Of a DNA stretch of 64,000 bases, positions 1 through 10,756 are shown piece by piece. The stretch is from Squalus acanthias. Taxonomy: Eukaryota. How positions within the stretch are numbered: position 1 is the stretch's first letter; the number at the start of each line of letters is the position of its first letter. The notes beneath the pieces were generated by a model. It saw only the letters and a program-made list of their open reading frames with translations. It had not been told where the DNA came from and ran no database searches. The position numbers and the translations under genes are program-made. The stretch is from positions 97,838,001-97,902,000 of the forward strand of contig CM059432.1 of the NCBI GenBank assembly GCA_030390025.1. The letters run 5' to 3'.

Positions 1-341
1 GCAATGACACAGGGGAGAGAAAGGGTACCTCACTTCTCTGATGCGGCACTGGAGGCCTTGGTCCAGGGGATGTATAGAAGGAGTCACGTCCTCTACCCGC
101 AGGGGGGCAGGAGGCCTTCCAGACAACATCAGAAGGCAGTGGCAGTGTCATCAATGTTGGCCCCAGGACCTGGATCCAGTGCTGCAAGAAGTTTAATGAC
201 CTCACACGAGTGGTCAAGATGAGTAAAAGTATCTTCAAATGCCATACACACTGCTCAATACACCACACCCCCATCACTCACCTACCAACAATCTCTAGCA
301 ATCACGACTCATACCTCACAATCATAACCTTTTCCAGCCTC

Positions 342-997
342 TCTGAAATTCCCATTTTTTGCTCCAAGAGGGAAGTGGAGCACTAAATCAAGCGCTCCAC
401 TTCCTTCTTGGAGCGCAAGAGGGGGGGAAGTTCATGACCCGGGGCGCACCCACGGCGATGTGCTCAGCAGCGCCACGAGTGGCCAAGTGTGGCGCTGCCG
501 CCTTGCAGGGGCTCTTCCCTGAATTAAAGGGAAGGGCCCCACGCTGCGAACTCTGCAGTATTTTTTAAACTTACCTGGATTACTGGGGAGTGGGGGCACT
601 GAAACAGAGTGCCATGCTGACCGATCGCGGCAAGGACCACACGTCCGGAGGCACAAAAAAAACGTTTTTTAAAAATCCAACTTTTTTTCATGGCGGCCGG
701 CCACCTCACCTTTAACTTCTGCCCCGCTAGCGGCCGGCCGCCCTGCTCACGTCCCCTGCAGAAGTCGCTGCTATCGCCCGGCGCTGCTGCAGGGGGCGAA
801 GGGGAATTTTTGTGCCAGGGCAATGTGTCGGGCGATGACCTCATGATCTCCGGGCGCATGAGATTGGGGCACAACCCAATAGCGCCGGCGCTAACCTCCC
901 GCGGAATTTGGCGGTCAGCGCCACGCCCGGGCGAAAAGGCTTTTGCACCTCATTAGCGCCCCCCACGGGAGGTGCAAAGGAGGGGAATTTCTCCCCC
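342..997. mobile_element. Non-autonomous Harbinger-type MITE (left TIR missing)
   Basis: CpG-rich, with repeated TAGCGCC/GGCGCTA motifs; right end GAATTTCTCCCCC. Shares the internal palindrome and layout with 54111-54457. Confidence 0.7.
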
Positions 998-1541
998 ATA
1001 GTCTCAGGATAAGGGGTCGGCCTTTTAAGACTGAGATGAGGAGGAATTTCTTCACTCAGAGGGTTGTGAATCTTTGGAGTTCTCTGCAACTAAAGAGCTG
1101 TGGATGCTGAGTCGTTGATTATATTCAAGGCTGAGATAGATAGATGTTTGGACTCTGGAGACTTGAGCACACAAATCTAATTTGATACTCCAGTGCAGTA
1201 CTGAGGGAGTGCTGCACTGTCAGAGGTGCCGTCTTCGGATGAGACTTTAAACCAAGGCCCCGCCTACTCTCTCAAGTGGATGTAAAAGATCCCATGGCAT
1301 TATTTTGAAGAAGAGCGGGGGAGTTATCCCCGGTGTCCTGGCCAATATTTATCCCTCAATCAACATCTGGTCATTATCACATTGCTGTTTGTGGGAGCTT
1401 GCTGTGTGCAAATTGGCTGCCATGTTTCCTACATTACAACAGTGACTACACTTCAAAAACACCTTCATTGGCTGTAAAACGCCTTGAGGCGAGGGGCCAA
1501 ATGGCCTACTCCAGCTCCTATTTCTTATGTTCTTATGTTCT
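998..1541 (+). mobile_element. CR1/HER1 LINE 3' fragment (998-~1160 and ~1484-1541) interrupted by a SINE
   Basis: Encodes SLRIRGRPFKTEMRRNFFTQRVVNLW; ends GGCCTACTCCAGCTCCTATTTCTTATGTTCTTATGTTCTT. Confidence 0.8.
1158..1483 (+). mobile_element. DeuSINE/SacSINE-like SINE
   Basis: Core CAGTGCAGTACTGAGGGAGTGCTGCACTGTCAGAGGTGCC...GATGTAAAAGATCCCATGGCA, homologous to 39200-39635. Confidence 0.8.
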
Positions 1542-2988
1542 TAACTGGAGGGGCCGTCACTGAGTCCACGGCGACAGGTGAGACTGAAAGCATTGATGAT
1601 GGTATACTCATACCTAATCCTTCTTCTCACATCCCACTTCTCCCTCATCCCACAATCGTTTCTCACTTCCAAGCTGCTGATGGTGTAAGCATGCACATCT
1701 TGCTTCCCCCCCTCCCCTCAAAACAATCCAACCCTTGGGCATTTTTCCTTTTAGATACCCAAGAACTGTCAGTGCACAAACAATTAGAGGAGGAGAGTGA
1801 TGGAGAAGAAGAGGCACCGTGATTCAATCTGACACTCCCAGGCACCAGCTTAGAAAATGGCACTACGAGAACTTTAGAGGATAGTATAGAGACGGGATCT
1901 GCTCATGGTGAGTCACCAGGCACGAGTGGGCTGCAGCCAAGCCAGGGGGAAAGGGTAGCTCAGGTGCCAGCTATCTGGAGGCGAGGTCGCACATGGGTTC
2001 TGTGGCACAGGACTCAGATGAGGACTACGATGGGGTGGCCTTCAGAAGTAGGGTGATGGGCATGCACACAGAAATGCTTGGTGCAATGGCAAGCCTGCCA
2101 GAGAGCCTCTTCTCACTGTGAAGGAGCATGGAGGAGTCCGGCTCCAACATTGCATGGGGCTTTGCGCGGAGCTTGGAGCGTATGATTTCCAGAATGGAAG
2201 CGATGGGCAACTCTGTTAGAGCACTTGTGGACCCAAGCATGATGCCGAGTGTGATGGGCGATGTCACAGCTTCCATTGCAGCACAGGTGAAAGCGACCGA
2301 ACATCTGAGTGCGGCAGTGGAAGCTCAGACTGCTCTCATGCCGGCTCAGCTTGCTGCCACGCAAGCTCAGACTGCTGCCATCGTGGCTGGGTTTATGAGT
2401 GTGGAAAGGGGCTTGGAAGGTCTCACAGCAGTCCGGCAATCTGTCCTCCAACAGATGGCTAGGAATACTGAGGCGCCACCCCGGGGGTGTGGCAGTAGCT
2501 CTTTGAAGCAAGAACCTGCTGTCCTCTCTCAGGATGACAGCATTCCTACTCCCACCACTGCCACTCCACCAGTGCCCTTGCTGCTGCCTGTCAGCCAGCC
2601 AACCCAGACTGCTGCCGCCCATGCCAAGGTGGTACAGTCTACAGCCGGGCCTTCTAGGCCCAGAGCTACTCAAGGTCATCCTGCAAGGCCATCTGCAGCA
2701 TACCCCACAAATGTCAGCAGCCTTCCACCAGCCATGCTGGACCAACTGGGGTAGCACTGCGTAGGAGCACTAGAATAGGCAAGGGAAATAGAAAGACAGA
2801 TACTAAGGGAATGCACAAGGGTGATTAATTGACTTTATTATGTAACATTCAAAATAATCATTTGTAAATTTTATTTGGAATGTGGTGGCTTTCATTTCAG
2901 CTTTGTGCCCAATAGGAAGCTGTGATGTTCTGTGACAGAGGGGTGGTAAGGTGAGGAAGTGTTGAGCAACGGGTGTCTGGGCTTTCAT

Positions 2989-4084
2989 TCATTGGAACCG
3001 AAGTCTGATGAGGCGCTCATGGACAGCCAGTCCGGAACGGGGATTTGTTGCCTGCCTCCTCCCTTCCTTTTTCTCCTCCTCTTCCTCCTGAGGTGGTCAC
3101 GGAACCCGTGGTGGCAAGGGCTGGACCCTCATGATGGCCAAGTTGTGGAGGATGCAGCAGACCACCATGAAATGGGTCACCCACTCCGGCGTATACTGGA
3201 GGGCGCCTCCTGAGCAGCCAAGGCAGCGGAACCATTGCTTCAGTACCCTGATGGTCTGCTCAATGAGGTTCCTCATAGCAGCATGGCTGTAATTATATGA
3301 CTGCTGGCCACGATTGGTGGGGTTGCGGAGGTGAGTCATCAGCCGGGTGTAGAGCGGTTAGCCCTTGTCTCCAAGCAGCCACCCTCGGGTTCAACGTGGT
3401 GGCTGGAAGATTTCTGGCACAGTGGACTGGTGCAGTATGAAGGCATCATGACTGCTGCCAGGATAACGGGCAATTCACCATCATAATGTGCTGGGCGTGG
3501 TCGCACACCAACTGCACGTTAAGTGAGTGGTAACCTTTGCGGTTGCAGTACGTCTCAGGTTTGATATGTGGTGCTGGCATAACCATGTGCGTGCAGTTGA
3601 TGGCGCCCTACACCACGGGAAAGCCCGATATCCTGACAAAGACACAGAGAGAAGACAATGGTGTCCCTTCTTCTGGAGTACAGAGCATCTGTGACCTCCC
3701 GGATGCAGCGATGGACAGTGAACTGGGAGATGTTAGCTATGTCGCCTGCTCCAGCCTGGAAAGATACACTGGAAAAAAAATTCAGGGCCACGGTGACCTT
3801 GAGGGCCACTGGCAGCGCCGTCATTGCCCTGCTCTGAGGCTGCAGGTCTGGTTCCAAGAGGTGGCAGAGTTCTGTGACCACCTTCTCGGTGAAGCAGATC
3901 CTCCGAATACACTGCTCCTGGCTTAAGTTCAGGTAGAAGAACAGCTCTCGGAAGGCCAATAGGGGTGCTGAGAGTTTTCCTGACCCTCCTTCTCCCTCTG
4001 AGAGCAGCTTGTCCTCTTCTTTGCTTCTGCTCTATCTCCCTGTCATGCTGCAGCGCGAGGGGGGACTGCAAGTGCAACCCCCAT
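2989..4084 (-). pseudogene. HARBI1-like Harbinger DDE transposase, disrupted
   Basis: Starts MGVALAVPLALQHDRE; contains [39 protein letters not shown] and VCCILHNLAI; several frameshifts. Confidence 0.88.
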
Positions 4085-4107
4085 GACTGGGGGTAAGTGG
4101 TCTGACC

Positions 4108-4291
4108 TTGCAGTTGGTGTACGACCACGCTCAGTACATCATGATGGTGAATGCCCGGTATTGTGGCAGCAGTCATGATGCCTTCATTCTGCGCCAGTTT
4201 GCTGTGCCAGTAATCTTGCAACCATCACGTCGAACCCGAGGGTGGCTGCTTGGAGACAAGGGCAATCCACTCTACACCTGGCTGATGACTC
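4108..4291 (+). pseudogene. Inverted Harbinger transposase internal fragment
   Basis: QLVYDHAQYIMMVNARYCGSSHDAFILRQ...[17 protein letters not shown]; reverse-complement homolog of 3333-3515. Confidence 0.85.
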
Positions 4292-4743
4292 TTGAATTCA
4301 GAAGCAAAGCCTTCTCCACTAGTAGCACCACTTTACATAACTCAGCAACTTGACATAACTCTAGAAAACTCCAAACAGTTCCACAAAGTTACATAGAGCC
4401 AGTAGAAATCAAAAAGCAAGTTACTTGAAAGTTGTTTATGATCCCTTTAAATTGTGCTGGTGGAGGTTCTCTCCTGCAACTGAACGCATATTCAGTTGTT
4501 CATGTTTAGGGGAGTGCGTTGATTGGAACGGCGATACCCATAATGGCAGGTCATGCATCATATCAGTGTTGCACACTGATTGACGTCACAATCTGCCTCA
4601 TTTGAATTCTACCGCTGCACGCAGCCAGTGGCTGCGCTACCGACCTGTCCAAAATGGCCGGAAGTGGCCAGAAGCGAGGCGGCCGCCATTTTTTGTTGGC
4701 GTCGGCTTTAAATGCCGGCGCTTAGGTGCTGAAATTCGCAACC

Positions 4744-4920
4744 ATTATCTGGTCGTTATCATATTGCTATTTGTGGGATCTTAGCTGTGCGCAAGTTGGC
4801 TGCTGTATTTCCGACAACAGTGACTACATTTCAAAAGGTTCTTCATTGGCTGTAAAGGGCTTTGGGATGTCCTGAGGTTGTGAAAGGTGCTTAGAAATGC
4901 AATTCTTTCTTTTTTCTTTC
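4744..4920 (+). mobile_element. DeuSINE/SacSINE-like 3' half
   Basis: ATTATCTGGTCGTTATCATATTGCTATTTGTGGG...GAAAGGTGC...AAATGCAATTCTTTCTTT. Confidence 0.75.
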
Positions 4921-6809
4921 AATGGAGATTGATATTAGACGGGGTGTTTCATGGGTTTCCCTCCAGGCGAGTTATGTTAAAATTACCCCCAAGATTCTGC
5001 ATTACTTAAGGAGGAGGAGGAGGTGAAATTACAGCACACTCTGGAGAAGGTGTGTAAGATAGTGATGATGTGCTGAATGCTCCATAATATCACAATCGAG
5101 AAACACATCAGCTTTCAGGATAACAATGAAACACAGCCTCCAGTAAGATGAAGTGGGAGGCCTAGATATGGCTGTTGTGGATAAGACACTCCTACCAGGC
5201 AGCCAATAGTTAAATGCAACATTGTTCAGCTGAGCTCCACGATTGAAATATTCTTAAGACATTACATTGTTGTCAGCTATGGTTATAACAACAGAGCACT
5301 TATAATCTTATTGACTGACCAAAAAATGGATGTCTGTCCTTCAGATTATGCCATTTAGAATATTTCCTTGATGCCACCAAAATTGTTTTGGACCTCCTTC
5401 ACTGTCCTATTCTTGGGGGCATTACAATTACGCTCTAGATCACGTCCTCCCAGGCATAATGTCACTGAGCGTTTGCAGTGACTGAGCCAAATATGAGCTG
5501 CTGGCAAGCTAGCGTTTCATCCAGTATTACTGCAACAGTTCACAAGGTCTGCAAATCAGGCTTCTGTTCTGCATTAAGCTTCTTTAATAGCTCCTAAATC
5601 TCCACAGGCACTACTGTGGGTATTATTAGGGCTGTTAATGCATTTCCCATGTGGCAAACAATCTGCCTCATCATTGGTTACTTTTTTGTTTCCATCACGA
5701 GTGTCACAGAAAATAATTTTAATGACTAGCAGAACCCATGATGCATATCGGAGTCGTGGCGTGGCTGTTCATGCTAAAAGTGAAAGACTTAGCCATTCAT
5801 CTTTTAATGCACTAAAGTAAATATTTGCATATTCTCTGTTTATCATTCCAATTACAGAATAGGGATTCACAGAATCGACAGCATGTTGAGAATGCTCTGC
5901 TGTGAACTCTGTGAAAATACGTGAGCCTGGAAATGATGCTGTGCTATATTATCATATGAATGTTTAATGTTTCTGGATCAAATTTAATTGTCCACTAGAT
6001 TAAAATAGCAGTCAGAGGGGTTTGCTGCAAACTGTTAACCATTTGTGGGGTGGGCTCACATGGCGCTATTTCCAAGCTATACAGGTTAAGTGGCTCCTCG
6101 TAAAATAATTTAAGGTTATGCCTGATAGCCCTGCAGTTCAGATACTGCAACCCAGTAGCATGTCAATGTAAATCACGTGGTCTTGTGAACGTGCCTTCTA
6201 TCACTGATAGCCCCCAGGAAGGGAAAGAAATGTTTGGTGAAAACAGAATAACAGTGCTCTCCATGAATTTGACTAGTATATGTTACATTGGTGTGTAATA
6301 CATTGCAGGACTCAGATGGCATTGGTAAGCCATTCAGGATTCAGTCTTGTGGTTCATGAATCTATTTACTTATTCTAGTCCATGTCCCAGAATTTGCTGG
6401 AGCAGGGTGTCCCATGGTGAACGGCGTGAGCTGGATTTTTTTTCCCTCATCCCTCAGCTCCAATTAATTTTGCGCTGCAAATTGATGGAAGTGCAAATTG
6501 CTAATGTTGCGACAAGGTCACAGGGCCTTGGGTGAACGACTGGTCCAATAATCTATCTCCTTATCAAATGAAATTTAAGGATTTAAATGGTTTACAAATG
6601 TGTGAAGTGGCAGATTGGACATCTGATTATTTAAACAAAGTTTATCACAGAATTACATACAGGAAAATGTGTTGTTCCAAGTTTTTTTGCCTATGGAACA
6701 TAACACATAAATACATGAATAAGACCGCCTTCTGCCCAGACTTCAGATTGTTTTGTAATTCATGAAATTCAGGAAGTGAAGGTAGCTGCTGCCTACATGC
6801 GAAAACTAG

Positions 6810-7705
6810 GGGGTAGAAATTAGGTCGCGCCCCATTTGGGGCGCAAATATCGTCCGGACGCAAATATTAGCGCCTGGCGCTAATTATCGGCACTGACGGG
6901 AAACTTCACTTTTACCGCCCCGGGAGGTGAGTGGAGCGCTAAAGCAGGCGCTGCACACCTCTCTTAAGGCGCAAAGGCCGAGCAGTGAGGCGCTAACTCG
7001 GAGCGCTGGCGAAGCTCATGTAATGTCAGTCAGCAATGGAACACACACACAATGGCACGGGCCAGTTCTTAAAGGGGATGGTTAATCTTGCTTTCCATCC
7101 ACATCCTGTTCATTGCTGCCTTGAATCTCGGCCTGGAGAGACTTGCACATCAAATGTGCTGGAAAGAACAATGGAGAGCACCAGGCAAAGAGCTCAGAGT
7201 GCAGCTCCCACGGTCTCTGCTAAATCGATACAAGGAATGGCAAATCAAAATGAACCTGCAAAGTGCTGCTCAGTACCCAAAACTCCTTCACACAACGTTG
7301 AATCTCTCCAGAAGTCTCTCCCTCTCTCTCTCAGAATGCGTAGTTCAAAAATGCCACCAACAATAAAAGACAGGAAGAGGCCCCCTTTAAATAGCGCCGC
7401 CCCCCCCAGCCCCACAGCGATTGATAGCGTTCCAGTCTTCTGGTCGTTGGAAGCGCCAGGCGGTAAGGCAGGGGGCGCCACTCAATTTCCGCTACGGGGC
7501 GCCCCAAGGGCGTTGCACCATGGATTGACGTCACAATCTGCGCGCGCAGGTGGTCGCAGCGGTAAGTTTTAGCGCCGCCGCACAATCTCAAGTTAAGTTC
7601 TCGAGCGGTGCAAACATCGCTGCGCCCGGGCGTTAGTGGCTTTGCGCCCCATTAGCGCCCTCTTAAGGCGCTAACGGGTGGCGCAACCAAGTGAATTTTT
7701 ACCCC
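6810..7705 (+). mobile_element. Harbinger-derived MITE, family M copy 1 (896 bp)
   Basis: TIRs GGGGTAGAAATT / AATTTTTACCCC; TSD TAG (6807-6809, 7706-7708); near-identical to 49813-50706. Confidence 0.93.
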
Positions 7706-9344
7706 TAGATATTTTATAACAATTCACAACAAATCAAAGTTGATGATCTTCCTCTCTGCTGGTCAGAAACATGTCTTGCTTTGCCAGTCAGTTACTAGTC
7801 CACATATTCTCAAACACCGATAAAGCACTTTCCAATCTGCTCTCTTTTGTTTCCTTTCAGTTCTATCATTTAGTTTTATTCCCTAGTACATTTTTTTTCA
7901 CTATGAAAAATTTACTTCCTTTTATAATTTCCCCAGTTTAACTTGCATCCTGGTTGCGTACATTATGTGGAATGTGCAGAAAAATTATCATTAATTGTGA
8001 GCTGGTATAAAAGTGGAAGGCCATTGGAAACACAAATTACCCCATTAACAGGGTCCTTACGCCATCAAATACCAGCCCTAACTTTCCGCAGAGAGTTTAA
8101 TTCGTATTTACAGCACTAATGCAGCAATTTCTTGAAACCCATGGGGAGACTGATGGCAAGCTCTGTTTTTTGAGAGGCTACCAGTGGAGCAATTTGTGGC
8201 AATTCACAACTCGTGGCATATCTCTACCTTGCCACAAATATGGGTATTTTATGCATTAATAATAGCGAGTGCCGTGAACTCACCATTACTTTTGCATCAA
8301 ATTCTGAGCCTTTTTTTAGATAAGTTTTATTTTACAGAAAACTCCTTTATATTTATCATTAACATTTTGCAGTTAAATATAATCAGCTACAAAATGGTTT
8401 AGCCTTAGTCAATTACACTGAACCCAGGGACACTATCGAGTATAAAAACCCAGAAACATACCACTGTATGTTGCTAAAAGTATATTGCTAAAAGTAACCT
8501 AAGAAAATATTTAGAAATTCTATATATGCAAAACAAAGAAACAAACACCAAACTATGAGAATATTCAACAAATAAAAAAAATCACTAACCAATATAAGAC
8601 TGCCAATGTTATTATCTTAGGATCTTGCAGATTTACCATTCACTGTGAAGACAGAAAATCTGTTTCTATCCATGATCCATGGGGCTGATTTTATGAATAT
8701 AAACTCCCAGTGGAGAGCCTTGTGGAATGTTGGGCATTAAAATTAAAAATAGATGAAAAGGGTTCGAGTAAGAACAAAAATGATTCCTTTACTCAAGGGA
8801 TTTCATTCAGAGCCAAACTTTTTTCAACTGAAGGAATAGTTGACCCAGCACTGGCTGTGTTCAGGGCAGCTAAATTTTATAAAGTAGGCCTCAACAGATA
8901 TTAGGCCCCCCATCTACATATACAAAGGGACTAATGTCTGTTTGAAGCATGGGCTGTGGACACATCTTTTGATGCCTATACCAATATGGCGGGCAGTATA
9001 CTTCCAGCTCAGAAGGCGCGCACGCCGCCTGTCATATTGGATGCCTTTGCTCCCATTGTACGCCGATAAAACGGGCACAGCATCATTGAATTGCACCGGA
9101 AATAGGAAAATATAAACAAGTTTTATACAATCTTTTCAAACAACTGAGAAATAGATCTACCTGTCACTAAAAGGATCTTTGGGGAATGTCTGTGTGGATT
9201 ATTCTGTACATTATCTGCTCAGCAGTTCTACTAATCTGTTTCCATAACAGGGAAGAAATTTCTCCCCTCCCTCAGTGCCTGTCTTCAAACCTCTCGGGAC
9301 TTACAGTCATCCCATCCTTTATATTGCAATATCTGTCAAACAGA

Positions 9345-9530
9345 ACAGAAGGCTGACGGAAATTTGAAATAAAAAGAAAAGTTCTGGAAATTTGTACAGC
9401 AGGTTTGCCAGCCTCTGAAAGAGGAAAGACTTGTTTGTGAGTCTTAATGAAGAAAGATGAACCTGCCATTTCTCTTTTCAGATATTGAATGGCCTGCTGT
9501 GTTATTTACAGCAATTTCTGTTTATTGCAA
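9345..9530. repeat. Two degraded head-to-head copies of the Penelope-terminal-like short repeat
   Basis: TTGAAATAAAAAGAAAAGTTCTGGAAA...CAGCAGG and CAGATATTGAATGGCCTGCTGTGTTATTTACAGCAATTTCTG resemble 52095-52170 in opposite orientations. Confidence 0.45.
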
Positions 9531-10099
9531 TATTCATCAAATAGTTGACGCAGCGCAGACCAACCCAGAGGAGAATTCAACAACAGGATAATTTGAGGAG
9601 TTCTACTAATGTTCAGAGTATTATTTTTATACCCTGTTCAGTATACTGAAAGGTGCATTCTCTTACATACAATAATATTTGTATTTGTTTGGAATCGGGG
9701 GTGGCGAGTTACCTATACTCAGTACAATGTGATGATAACCTGGTTTATTTTATTAACCAACAATCAAGTGAATAGTTTAATTAAGATCCACCAACTAACC
9801 AGTATTATCGGTGCTAACTTTCAACAAAACAGATTTAAATTTTATTTTATTATATAAATATAATCGGTAAAGAGAAAGAAAGACTTGTGCTTGTGTAGCC
9901 CCTAACAGGGGAGAGAAACCTTCCACAAACATCTCAAAGTGCTTTTACTGACAATGGGGGAATTTTAATGTGGGTTTGGTTGAGGTTAGGGGTGAAATCC
10001 TGCAAAGATGCAAGTGCATCGGGAACTCCCTCCAACCTGGCAACTTCCACATTTCACTCCGGTGCGTTAGGCTGCATGCATGCAATCCCCTCGGGAAAG

Positions 10100-10527
10100 G
10101 CGGGTTTAAGAAAGGGAAATTGTGTTTGACAAATCTAATAGAGTTTTTTGATGTTGTAACTAACAGGGGAGATAAGGGGGAACCAGTGGATGTAGTATAT
10201 TTGGATTTTCAAATATCATTCGATAAGGTGCCACACAAGAGGTTATTACACAAAATTAGGGCTCATGGGACTGGGGGTTATACATTAGCATGGTTTGAGG
10301 ATTGGTTAACAGACAGAAAACAGAGTGTAGGAATAACCGGGTCATTTTCGGGTTGCCAGACTGTAACTAGTGGGGTACCACTTGGATTAGTGCTATTTAC
10401 AATCTATATCAAAGACTTAGATGAGGGGCCCGGGTGCAATGTATCCAAGTTTGCTGATGATACAAAGCTAGGTGGGAAATTAAGTTGTGAGGAGGATGCA
10501 AAGAATGGGCAAGAACATGGCAGATGG
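10100..10527 (+). mobile_element. CR1 LINE RT fragment
   Basis: GFKKGKLCLTNLIEFF...VDVVYLDFQISFDKVPH...SKFADDTKLGG. Confidence 0.9.
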
Positions 10528-10755
10528 AAGAGGAGGGGAGTTATCCCGGTGTCCTGGACAATATTTAACCCTCAATCAACATAACAAAAACAGATTATCT
10601 GGTCATTATCACATTGCTGTTTGTGGGAGCTTGCTGTGCGCAATTTCTACATTACAACAGTGACTACACTTGAAAAGTAATTCATTGGCTGTAAAGCGTT
10701 TTGGGATGTCCGGTGGTTGTGAAAGGCACTACATAAATGCAAGGCTTTCTTTCTT
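10528..10755 (+). mobile_element. DeuSINE/SacSINE-like 3' part
   Basis: GGGGAGTTATCCCGGTGTCCTGG...CAGATTATCTGGTCATTATCACATTGC...GAAAGGCACTACATAAATGCAAG. Confidence 0.8.
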
Positions 10756-10756
10756 A

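Larger units (their letters stand above)
4..2828 (+). pseudogene. Harbinger Myb/SANT-like partner gene (3 exons: ~4-219, ~1545-1601 partial, ~1756-2828), frameshifted and interrupted
   Basis: N-terminus MTQGRERVPHFSDAALEALVQG; KKFNDLTRVVK before the first intron; acidic EEESDGEEEA; Ala/Gln-rich helical region (ORF 2128-2754). Homologous to 43434-44815. Confidence 0.8.
1..4743. mobile_element. PIF/Harbinger DNA transposon copy A (left end outside window), with nested MITE, LINE and SINE insertions
   Basis: Myb/SANT-like gene on + is convergent with a DDE transposase on -. A GC-rich terminus ends GAAATTCGCAACC at ~4743, followed by ATT and the resumed 3' half of a DeuSINE. Confidence 0.85.

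Noticed and set aside
7036..7572. 178-aa ORF repeated at 50039-50425 as a novel gene
   Set aside because: It lies inside the MITE. Similarity reflects recent duplication, and the frame is broken differently in copies 2 and 3.
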